NCBI GenBank assembly: GCA_963790475.1
Contig: CAWBOS010000013.1
Location: forward strand, 224,001-288,000
Length of the DNA: 64,000 nucleotides
Source of the DNA: an uncultured delta proteobacterium
GTDB taxonomy: Bacteria; Desulfobacterota; RBG-13-43-22
Direction of reading: 5' to 3'
Under the pieces are notes generated by a model. That model did no database searches, was not told the DNA's origin, and saw nothing but the letters and a program-made list of their open reading frames with translations. Shown piece by piece: positions 10,624 to 19,319 of the stretch. The translations under genes and the position numbers were made by a program. Position 1 is the stretch's first letter, and each line of letters opens with the position of its first letter.

Positions 10624-10756
10624 GATGAATTCGCAAAAAGTCTCCCAGGCCGTCACCCCGGCGAAAGCCGGGGTCCAGAACAATTTGAAAAGACTGGATT
10701 CCGGTTTTCACCGGAATGACGAAATTCGGATTCCGGGGACTTTTTACGAGACCATC
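10624..10756. repeat. REP-like palindromic element (GTCAxxCCGGCGxAAGCCGG family)
   Basis: Nested hairpins CCCCGGCGAAAGCCGGGG and GTCA...TGAC; related copies at 12631-12709 and ~63168-63318. Confidence 0.7.
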
Positions 10757-10829
10757 TTATAAGACTATTAATAAAGGTCGTTTCATCTGTCTCAGAAAAG
10801 CAAGCATTTCTCGGTTAAGGAGGTAAAAC

Positions 10830-11675
10830 ATGAGATCCATTTGGAAAGGTCACATTCGTTTCTCGCTGGTGACGATCCCGATTCAGGTGTACAACGCCGT
10901 GGATACGGCACAGACCATCAGCTTTCATCTTCTTCACAAGGACGACCACGGGACTATAGCCTACGACAAGCGATGTAAGAAGTGCAATAAGATCGTATCC
11001 AACGAGGAGATTGTCAAAGGTTATCAATATGAGCCCGAAGGGTACGTGATTGTCGAGAAAGAAGACTTCGAGAAAGTAAATCTCAAAAGCACCAAGATAA
11101 TCGAGATCCAGGGGTTCATTAATGCCGGAGAAGTGCACCCCACCTTGTATGAGACCCCCTATTATGCGGGCCCTGACGGGCCGGTCGCGGTGCAGGCCTA
11201 CTCCCTTTTATCCGCCGCCCTGAGGGAGACCGGAAAAGTGGGAATCGGCAAAGTGGTCTTGCATGATCGTGAAGACGTGGTGATGATTGCCCCTTATGAG
11301 AAGGCCATCGTGCTTTACAGACTCAGGTCACCCAAGGAACTCAGAAACATTAATGAGATCCCCCAGCTTGATGGAAAGTCTATCGACCAGGAGGGGCTTA
11401 AGCTGGCCCGCAGCCTGGTCGATTCCATGGCCACCACGCTGGATAAGATTGATCTGACCGATAAATATCATGACGCGCTTAGGGCGATCATTGAGGCCAA
11501 GATTGCCGGAAAAGAGATCGTTACCGTGGAAGAGGAAGAGAAGCCGGTAATGGACATCATGACCGCTCTGAAGCGGAGTATCGAGCAGGCCAAATCGCAG
11601 AAGAAGCCGATGGAAAAGGCCAAGGGGAAGAAAAAAACCGTTGTCTCCAAGGCGGCTAAAGTTAGGTCGACCTAA
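10830..11675 (+). CDS. ku: Ku protein (NHEJ)
   Basis: MRSIWKGHIRFSLVTIP, IVKGYQY, MTALKRS and basic C-terminal tail. Confidence 0.96.
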   Translation: MRSIWKGHIRFSLVTIPIQVYNAVDTAQTISFHLLHKDDHGTIAYDKRCKKCNKIVSNEEIVKGYQYEPEGYVIVEKEDFEKVNLKSTKIIEIQGFINAGEVHPTLYETPYYAGPDGPVAVQAYSLLSAALRETGKVGIGKVVLHDREDVVMIAPYEKAIVLYRLRSPKELRNINEIPQLDGKSIDQEGLKLARSLVDSMATTLDKIDLTDKYHDALRAIIEAKIAGKEIVTVEEEEKPVMDIMTALKRSIEQAKSQKKPMEKAKGKKKTVVSKAAKVRST

Positions 11676-11933
11676 ACCCTCATGCCCTCGTGCCCCGGCA
11701 TCGACGAATCATGAAAATTGGGCTTAATTTTATGTGGGACAGGCGCCCTCGCCTGTCATTTATAATCACAGCCGGGGGCGGCTGTGCTACAACTTCAAAG
11801 CCTAAAAATTTATTTTCAAACTAAACCGCCATGACCCGCCTTTTGGGGCGTGGCACCACGAATCATGAAAATAGACAGGATTAACGAGATACCAAGAAAC
11901 CTATTTCCCTATTAAAGATGAGACCCTGATCTC

Positions 11934-12515
11934 ATGAATAACATTTTAAAGTTCCCTGCAAAACGACCCTCAAAGTTCGGTTTCGAACGGGTTAAGAAAC
12001 TCAAAAAAGACCAATCCTCTCCCGGCCCGGGACGGATTCTGCAACTTCCAACCCATCTCAGCCCTTTTGAGGAAGCTTTGTTATTAGATGAGCGTGAGGA
12101 CCGTCAAGCCGAGGATTCATACCGGAGAGCAATCTCGGAAGGCGACTGCATAGCGGATGCCTATTGCAACCTGGGCATCATCGAATCCAAAGCCGGGAGA
12201 ATGGCCAAGGCCTTCGACTGTTTTACAAAATCACTGGAGCACGACCCGAGGCATTTCGAATCGCATTATAATCTGGGGAACCTTTATTTTGAAGAAGATA
12301 ACCTGCGTCTGGCGAGGATGCACTATGAGCTGGCCACTGAAATCAACCCCGCCTCCCCGAACTTGTATTTTAATCTGGGCCTCGTCTTCGCCCTTCTGGA
12401 TGAAAAAAAAACCGCCGTCGACACTTTCCTCAACTATCAACGCTTGGCCCCTCCGGAAGAACGAAAAAATGCCGATGATTTGATTGCCGGGCTTAAGAGA
12501 TCATTGAATCCTTGA
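11934..12515 (+). CDS. TPR protein
   Basis: AYCNLG, SHYNLG, LYFNLG TPR motifs. Confidence 0.85.
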   Translation: MNNILKFPAKRPSKFGFERVKKLKKDQSSPGPGRILQLPTHLSPFEEALLLDEREDRQAEDSYRRAISEGDCIADAYCNLGIIESKAGRMAKAFDCFTKSLEHDPRHFESHYNLGNLYFEEDNLRLARMHYELATEINPASPNLYFNLGLVFALLDEKKTAVDTFLNYQRLAPPEERKNADDLIAGLKRSLNP

Positions 12516-12630
12516 ACCCTTGGCCCTTTTCTCCCTGGAAGAAGAACCATATTTTATTTTCTGATTAAGCCCTCAGGCCCGTACAGGGCGCCACGAAGGA
12601 TGAAAGTATCGCTTAAACAAGAAGTTAGGT

Positions 12631-12709
12631 CGTCATTCCGGCGGAAGCCGGAATCCAGACTAATGCAAGCAATTAAATTCCTGGATGCCGGATCGAGTCC
12701 GGCATGACG
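12631..12709. repeat. REP-like palindromic element
   Basis: CGTCATTCCGGCGGAAGCCGGAATCCAG...CTGGATGCCGG...CCGGCATGACG between convergent genes. Confidence 0.75.
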
Positions 12710-12743
12710 AAGAACAGACCACCCTGGAGAGTTTAATCAAAGG

Positions 12744-13586
12744 CTATTTTCGGCTAAAATGCATATACCAGGGATAGCGGGTAAATTCCCGGAAACCGAG
12801 GCGAAGGTAAATCGGCTCCCCGAACCGACTGGCCTGGAGAATAACCAGGGAAGCCCCCCTGCGAAAGGCCTCATTGGTGACCATGACTGTACAAGCCTCG
12901 CCCAGTCCTCTTTTTCGGGCCGACTCAACAGTACCCACCCAGTAAATGCCGGCAATGGAGTGAGAAAAAATTATCATGGCCGCTGAAACAGGCTTTTCAT
13001 CAAGATAGGCGACAACCAGATGGTTGTGGGGCCGCAGGATCCTCTCCGGTGTTTCAAAAATTATTTTCCCTGTGTCTTGGGGCATTCCCAGACTTTGATA
13101 GCTGTCAATGACCACCGTAGCAAAATCAACCGCCCCGGATTGGTTTTCTATCGGCCCGACGGTAATCTCAGCCGGCAGGTTCTTCATTCGGATTGGTGCT
13201 TGGATTGCCATTCCCGGAGATTCAGAAATTTGGGCCATTTTTTCCGACCGACAGCGATCTTCAAGATCGGAATCGAGATGCCGGCGTATGTGCACACTGC
13301 AGCCGAAATTCCTGTTGCCGAAATACCCCTTGATCCTGTTCATCACTTCCTCGGCCGGAGGATAGGGCCGGTCTCCAACCCGAATAACCGAATTAGTTAT
13401 CGGAGTTGAGTCCCCCCCGGAGACCAACAAAAGATCATCTTGCTCGATGATCTCGCTGGTAACTCTCCAGCGTGCGATTTCCCGCAGGGATTCCGCTAAG
13501 TTTAAATCAGCCAGATAGATCAGATCGCTATCGTTCACCTTGGCTCCTAAATAAAATACGAAACTATCGTAGTATTTTCCTGACAA
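12744..13586 (-). CDS. GNAT family acetyltransferase (start probably GTG ~13540)
   Basis: AGIYWVGT, ARKRGLG, LQAS, YLRLGF motifs. Confidence 0.85.
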   Translation of the reverse strand: MSGKYYDSFVFYLGAKVNDSDLIYLADLNLAESLREIARWRVTSEIIEQDDLLLVSGGDSTPITNSVIRVGDRPYPPAEEVMNRIKGYFGNRNFGCSVHIRRHLDSDLEDRCRSEKMAQISESPGMAIQAPIRMKNLPAEITVGPIENQSGAVDFATVVIDSYQSLGMPQDTGKIIFETPERILRPHNHLVVAYLDEKPVSAAMIIFSHSIAGIYWVGTVESARKRGLGEACTVMVTNEAFRRGASLVILQASRFGEPIYLRLGFREFTRYPWYMHFSRK

Positions 13587-13860
13587 TCACCGCGGCCATT
13601 TCTTCCTCGGGCACCATTTCCAGGTCAATCATCGGCCCGGAGATCAGGACCCATTCCTTGGCCAGGCCCTTTACTTCCGGCCTGTTGGCACAGGCCACCG
13701 GACATCCGCAAACCAGAAGGGCCATCTCCCAGGGATCGGCCTGCCGCTTCGTTACCAGCTTCCACCCCGGCGGCAGCAATCTTACAATCTCCTGAACCAG
13801 GGCTGCTCGATCGATAAGGGGATTACACCCCCCGCAATATTTAAGACCGATCAAGCCCAT
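13564..13860 (-). CDS. small Cys-motif protein (KYCGGCNP...CGCPVACA)
   Basis: 98 aa, closely coupled between abfD and the GNAT gene. Confidence 0.8.
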   Translation of the reverse strand: MGLIGLKYCGGCNPLIDRAALVQEIVRLLPPGWKLVTKRQADPWEMALLVCGCPVACANRPEVKGLAKEWVLISGPMIDLEMVPEEEMAAVIVRKILR

Positions 13861-13869
13861 ACAGAAGGA

Positions 13870-15321
13870 TCAGTTCTTAACCCCGGCTATCTTTTTGGCC
13901 AGCTTTTTCTTGTATTCCAGGTTACCCTGACGGGCGATCATAACCCGCTGGGCTTGCGGCGACCCGGCCCCGTGCATGGATTCGGTCCGGTAGCCCACCG
14001 CCGCCGTTCCCAGAGTGAGGTTCTCCACCAGCCTTAAGATGCGGCAGCGCTCCTCGGTCGAAATCGAGGCCACCCCCTTAAAATATTTTTCCACCACCTT
14101 GCCGATTTCCGGATTACACAGGTCCTTCTCCGAGGCCAGGGTGACCATAAGGCCGCCGGTGATATCCTCGGCCAGGCGGGCGATCTCGTAAGGGAAACGG
14201 GTGACATTTTGTTTGCAGACGTTGGCCAGCAGCAGGTTGATCAAATAGGTGCCGGAGGCAGTCGGGTGCCCTTCCGCCGAACAGGCGATGCCGCAGGCGT
14301 ACAGGGTCTCATTCAGATGCATCATCTCAATCAGTTTGTCTTTGATATGAGAGGCCTTGGCCACCCCGTTGAAATCGGCGGCCACAGCCGCCGCTCCGAT
14401 GAGCACATCCCCCACACCGGCCTTGCACCCGCCGTAGCTCTGACGATGATATCCGGCGAACCGTTCCACTAAAAGACCGCTGTATTCGTATTCGCCGCAC
14501 ATCAAAACCTGTTCCCAGGGGACGAAAAGATCGTCGAATACCATAAGGGCTTCATGACCGCCGAAGCGGGGGTTGCCCACATCGATTTCACTGCCCTCCA
14601 GTTTGCGCGTGTCGCAGGACTGGCGGCCATAGATGTAGGTAATGCCTTTGGCATCCGCCGGGGCCACGAAGGAAACGGCATAGTCGGCATCCTCTTTTCT
14701 CATGGCTACGGTCGGCATAACCAATATCCAATGGGAATTGACGGCACCGGTCTGGTGGGCTTTGGCCCCACGGACCACGATGCCCTGGTCGTTTTTCTCG
14801 ACGATATGCACATAAAGGTCCGGGTCGGCCTGCTGGCTGGGCAACAGGCCACGATCCCCCTTGGGATCGGTCATGGCCCCGTCCACGGTCAGATCCTCTT
14901 CCTGCATCATCCGCAAGAACTTGATAAAACGTTCATGATAGGAGGTGCCCAGTTTCTGATCCATTTCAAAGGTAACGCTGTCAGCGGCGTTGATGGCGTC
15001 CATTCCGACACAGCGCTGAAAGCAGGAACCGGTCTGCTGTCCCAGCAAACGCTGCATCTTCACTTTCTTGACCAGGTCTTCGCTGCTCTGGTGCAGGTGG
15101 CAGAAGCGGTTGATTTTCTCCCCCGTCAAATGGGAGGTTGCGGTCATCAGGTCCTCGTGCTGCGGGTCCTGGGCCAGGGCATAGGTCATCTTCACCGAAT
15201 TCATCGAGGGCCGGATTATAGGGTGATCCACCGGATTTTTCACCTGCTCTCCCATCAGGTAAATTTTGAAATTGAGCTTTCGCAAACTGGCTTCATATTC
15301 TTCAGGTGTTTTCAGGGCCAT
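13870..15321 (-). CDS. abfD: 4-hydroxybutyryl-CoA dehydratase
   Basis: CFQRC and HRQSYGGCK FeS-ligand motifs, GAMTDPKGDR, ESMHGAGSPQAQ; AAGGAG RBS before MALKT. Confidence 0.9.
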   Translation of the reverse strand: MALKTPEEYEASLRKLNFKIYLMGEQVKNPVDHPIIRPSMNSVKMTYALAQDPQHEDLMTATSHLTGEKINRFCHLHQSSEDLVKKVKMQRLLGQQTGSCFQRCVGMDAINAADSVTFEMDQKLGTSYHERFIKFLRMMQEEDLTVDGAMTDPKGDRGLLPSQQADPDLYVHIVEKNDQGIVVRGAKAHQTGAVNSHWILVMPTVAMRKEDADYAVSFVAPADAKGITYIYGRQSCDTRKLEGSEIDVGNPRFGGHEALMVFDDLFVPWEQVLMCGEYEYSGLLVERFAGYHRQSYGGCKAGVGDVLIGAAAVAADFNGVAKASHIKDKLIEMMHLNETLYACGIACSAEGHPTASGTYLINLLLANVCKQNVTRFPYEIARLAEDITGGLMVTLASEKDLCNPEIGKVVEKYFKGVASISTEERCRILRLVENLTLGTAAVGYRTESMHGAGSPQAQRVMIARQGNLEYKKKLAKKIAGVKN

Positions 15322-15395
15322 TTTTATCTCCTTAAAAGGATTCTCTATTTCCGAATGACGCAGCCCCCCCGAAAGGAGCATCCGTATCAAGAAAA

Positions 15396-15486
15396 GGGCT
15401 ATAGGCTATGGGCCATGGGCTATGGGCGGGATGGTTTCTCTGATCCTGGTTGGCCTATTGCCTCGTGCCTATCGCCCATAGCCTGT
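15396..15486. repeat. inverted heptamer-repeat hairpin (GGCTATR)n...(CCTATYG)n
   Basis: Visible 7-nt periodicity in the thiolase-abfD spacer. Confidence 0.65.
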
Positions 15487-15488
15487 TA

Positions 15489-16670
15489 TTAAATCGATTC
15501 GATAATAAAGGCATGGGCCGGACCGCCGCTGGCACAAAGGGCGGCACACCCATATCTAACCCCGCGCCGCTTCATTTCGTTGCTCATGGTTAGAATCAGT
15601 CTGGCCCCGGTGGCGCCGACCGGATGTCCCAAGGCGATCCCCGAACCCAGGGCATTCAAGCGGTCCAGGGGGACCTTTAATTCCCGGTTGACCCCTAAAA
15701 CCTGGGCGGCGAAGGCCTCATTGAATTCGAAATAATCGATATCGTCCTGTTTGAGACCGGCGAATCGCAGAGCATTCCGAACCGCCGGAACGACGCCCAT
15801 GCCCATAATCCTGGGCTCCACCGATCCGGGGGCCGAAGCGACAACCCTGGCTAAAGGTTTAAGCCCCATTTTTTTGGCCGTGTCCGCATCCATCATAATC
15901 AGGGCTGAACCTCCGTCATTGAGACCGGAGGCATTGCCGGCCGTTACCGTTCCGTCTTTCTTGAAGGCCGGTCTTAATTTGGCCAAGGCCTCCAGGCTGG
16001 TATCGGGCAAGGGATGCTCATCGGTATCAAAAACTACTGTTCCCTTTCTGGTCTTGACCTCGACGGGTACGATTTCATCCTTAAACCAGCCCTCCTTTAT
16101 GGCCCAGCAGGCCCGCTGGTGGCTCATCAAAGCGAATTCATCCTGCTCTTCCCGGTTGATGCCATATTGCTCGGCAATATTGTCGGCGGTGATGCCCATA
16201 TGATAACCGACGAAGTCACAGATGAGACCGCCTTTCATCAGACTGTCGGTGACGGATTCGGCATTGCCTAAACGGTACCCTTTCCGGGCGCCAAAAAGAA
16301 GATAGGGGGCATTGGTCATACTTTCAACACCGACGGCAGCCCCGACGTCGATTTTCCCCAGCATGATTTCCTGGGACAAAAGCTCGGCCGCCCGCATAGA
16401 AGAAGCGCATTGCTGGTGGACGGTGAAGGCTGCCGACTCAACAGAACAACCCGATTTCAGGGCGACATATCTGCTGGTGTTTCCAGGCGATCCGGCCTGA
16501 TTGCATTGACCGCCGATCACCTCCTGAATCAATTCCGCACCGATACCCGCCTTTTCTAAGGCGCCTTTCAAGGCAATGACCCCTAAATCGACGGCACTGA
16601 AACTTTCCAAGGAACCCTGGTAATTCCCTATGGCGGTTCTTGCCCCGCTGACGATAACCACTTCTCTCAT
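15489..16670 (-). CDS. thiolase (acetyl-CoA C-acyltransferase)
   Basis: QQCASS, NEAF, GHPVGATG, CASGG motifs. Confidence 0.95.
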   Translation of the reverse strand: MREVVIVSGARTAIGNYQGSLESFSAVDLGVIALKGALEKAGIGAELIQEVIGGQCNQAGSPGNTSRYVALKSGCSVESAAFTVHQQCASSMRAAELLSQEIMLGKIDVGAAVGVESMTNAPYLLFGARKGYRLGNAESVTDSLMKGGLICDFVGYHMGITADNIAEQYGINREEQDEFALMSHQRACWAIKEGWFKDEIVPVEVKTRKGTVVFDTDEHPLPDTSLEALAKLRPAFKKDGTVTAGNASGLNDGGSALIMMDADTAKKMGLKPLARVVASAPGSVEPRIMGMGVVPAVRNALRFAGLKQDDIDYFEFNEAFAAQVLGVNRELKVPLDRLNALGSGIALGHPVGATGARLILTMSNEMKRRGVRYGCAALCASGGPAHAFIIESI

Positions 16671-16754
16671 ATTCGTTCCCTTCTAAAATTATTCTTTTGC
16701 ATTCAGATTTATAGGCGCTGTTCTCAAAGGATTTACTCTAACATAACCACTGTA

Positions 16755-16821
16755 GCGGGTTGCGGGTTGCGGGTTTTGAACTCGCAACTCCCTGCCCACC
16801 CGCAGGCCCGTAACTCGCAAC
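16755..16821. repeat. inverted heptamer-repeat hairpin (GCGGGTT)n...(AACTCGC)
   Basis: Tandem 7-mers followed by their approximate reverse complements. Confidence 0.6.
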
Positions 16822-16882
16822 AGAAAAATTTCAATCATCTTTGTAAACCTTTAAAAACATTATCCCCTGAAAAAATGATTTA

Positions 16883-18728
16883 TTATTCCCCCTTGTTCAC
16901 GGCTTGTTTAAACCGCTCTTCCTGGGCCTGATAATAGGCCCGGTTGGACGGGTTTTTGGCCAGCACCAGCCGGGCAATCCGGAGGGATATGTCCGGTCGA
17001 CCGTTGGCCATAAAGGCCTCGGCCAGGGTATCCAGAATCATAGGATCGGGATGTAAGGCCGCCGCCTTCTTAGCCAGGGCCAGGGCTTTGGCCGGCTGAA
17101 AAATCCCTGGATCTCTATTGGTGGCCAACAACCAGGCCAGGTTATTTAAGGCCAGATAATGGTTTGGCTCTTTCTGCAAAATCTTTTCGTAAGTCTCCTT
17201 GGCCTGCTGAAAACGTTTCCCTTCATGATAGATCATGGCCAGGGCCATCAAGGTTTTGGTATCTCCCGGATGGGAGCGAAGCTCCCTGTTCAACAGGGAT
17301 TCTAAAACTTGAGGATTCATGGTCGGACCGGTTGAAACCCAGATCCTTTCCTTAACCCCATAAACACTTAACCCGACCAGCAGGAAAAAAAACAGGCCCA
17401 CCGCCCAATAAATTTTTCTATCCTGCCGGCGGACCAGGTCGGGAAAACGGCCGGCCTTTTCCAGGAAGTTCACTCGCTGGGCGATACTGAAATGATGCCA
17501 GCTGGGAAGATCCCGACTTTGACCTGAAGAAAAACCGATTTTTTCCAAAGATCGGATCAAGGGCCCCGGAGACCCCAGGACCTTCAGGGCGTAAAGGTCG
17601 GCCTGTCGTTCAAAATTACGCATAAAAAATCCGAAGAGAAATCGAAAATAGAGGATCAATCCCAAGGCCATGGGCAGGACCATCAAGACGGAAGACAGAT
17701 CCTCCGAAAAGTGTCTCCAGGAATAGAGCAAATTAAGAAAAGCCGGATACTGAAAAAGACGGCTGGAAAGCCACTGCGATATAAAGACCGTCAGTAAGAC
17801 ATAGCCGACGAAAAACCCAAGATAAAAAATGAGATGCTTTTTCCTGATGTGGCCGATTTCATGGGCCACGACTCCCTTTAATTCCTCCGCTTCCAGTAGG
17901 TCCAGCAATGCCGGGGTGATCAGCAGATAGCGAAAACGCCTGATCAGACCCATGACCCCCGCGGTCAGCATGCTCCCTCCGAAAGCCGGCCAGAGAAACA
18001 TCTGTTGAAAGGGAGAACCCATCTCCAGGCAGAATTTCGAAAGCATTTCCTTCTGGGGTCCTTCCGGAATGGGCCGGCATTGCCACCAGGTTTTGATCAG
18101 AAAAGGGAAAAAGATCGACAGGACCGTTAAAAAAATCAGGACATAGGTCATTTCACCGATGGGTTGATTCAGAAAGGAACGCAGACCCGGAAGGGAAACC
18201 AATCCAATAAGGTCCGATATTAAGGTAATTAACAGCCAGGGGAATAATACCGGCAAATTAAACTGGAGTTGGGATCGAAGATAAGGTCCCCTGGCCTGAG
18301 AGGATCGGAAGATCGATTCCTGGGCTGGATAACCAAAAATCCAGATCAAAACCACATGGAGCAAATAAAGGGTGATGCCGATTAGCCCTTCCAGGGAAGA
18401 AAACCGGCCGGTACCCGGGATCAAGGACACCAGGGACTTGAAGTTCAGAAGATAAATTTCAGAAGCAAAAAAGATCAGGGCCAGGATCATCAGGTATTGG
18501 GTGGTCTGCTGAAATCCCCTCTGTAAGGAAAAAGAATCCCTGTCGGTTATGGAGGGATAAAAGATACAGCCGATGATATCGTCTCCAGGTTTCCAATCCA
18601 AAAACGGCCAGAAAAAGGAAAATAGTACCGGCATTCACCCAGAGATCGACCACCGTCAGTCTCGGACCCAGGGAGCGAGTATGATAAATCAACAGGGCTA
18701 AAATAAAAAAGATAATATTAGTGAACAT
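16883..18728 (-). CDS. M48 family membrane zinc metalloprotease with C-terminal TPRs, frameshifted near 18530-18560
   Basis: AHEIGH, FERQAD, HFSIAQR, ALNNLAW; plausible N-terminus MFTNIIFFILALLIY lies in another frame (ORF 18459-18740). Confidence 0.8.
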
Positions 18729-18863
18729 AAGTAGCAGCAAGATTACAGATAATTGGAAAAGATGTCAAGAAAAGGTGCAGGAAAGAAATCTTGACAAATT
18801 GGCAACGACTGTTTATCTTAATTCATCAAAAAGGTTAAAAAATTCGACACCCTATTAACGATC

Positions 18864-19103
18864 ATGATGAATCCAACTTATCGAGTACCGACACAAAAAA
18901 ACAAAAGGCCTTCCCAGTACGATCAATTTGAGGCTACCGAGCTTTATTGTCCAAGATGCCGCCAGTCCATGCCGGTCCGCAAAAGGCTTCTATTGGTTTT
19001 ACCGGAAGGGGACAAATACGAATATCTTTGTGCCGCCTGTCTGACCGCTGTGGGCGACAAGATCGAAAAAAACACCGAAGGCATTACCCTGGTTCGACCC
19101 TGA
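18864..19103 (+). CDS. small zinc-ribbon protein
   Basis: CPRC...CAAC; TTGACA promoter-like box upstream. Confidence 0.75.
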   Translation: MMNPTYRVPTQKNKRPSQYDQFEATELYCPRCRQSMPVRKRLLLVLPEGDKYEYLCAACLTAVGDKIEKNTEGITLVRP

Positions 19104-19174
19104 TAGGACTTTGGACTACTAGGCAATTGGGGTCCAGGAGTTTGATATCTGAGTCTTTTGTAATTCAAATCAAT

Positions 19175-19234
19175 AGTTCGGAGTTAGGAGTTCGGAGTAA
19201 CCGATTTTTACTCCGAACTCCTAACTCCGAACTT
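19175..19234. repeat. inverted heptamer-repeat hairpin (GGAGTTC/GAACTCC)
   Basis: AGTTCGGAGTTAGGAGTTCGGAGT...ACTCCGAACTCCTAACTCCGAACT perfect inverted arms. Confidence 0.75.
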
Positions 19235-19319
19235 ATCCGGCTCTTGACTAATGATTCATACTCCTTTTTGAATTCTTTTTCAGTCTGCGAAGCGCCCCCA
19301 GAGGTCATGGTTATTTTTT

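Noticed and set aside
15322-15390. Longer abfD start from the ORF track
   Set aside because: RBS and family N-terminus support MALKT at 15321
14554-15492. 312-aa ORF antisense to abfD, and similar antisense ORFs throughout
   Set aside because: Shadow ORFs of well-supported genes
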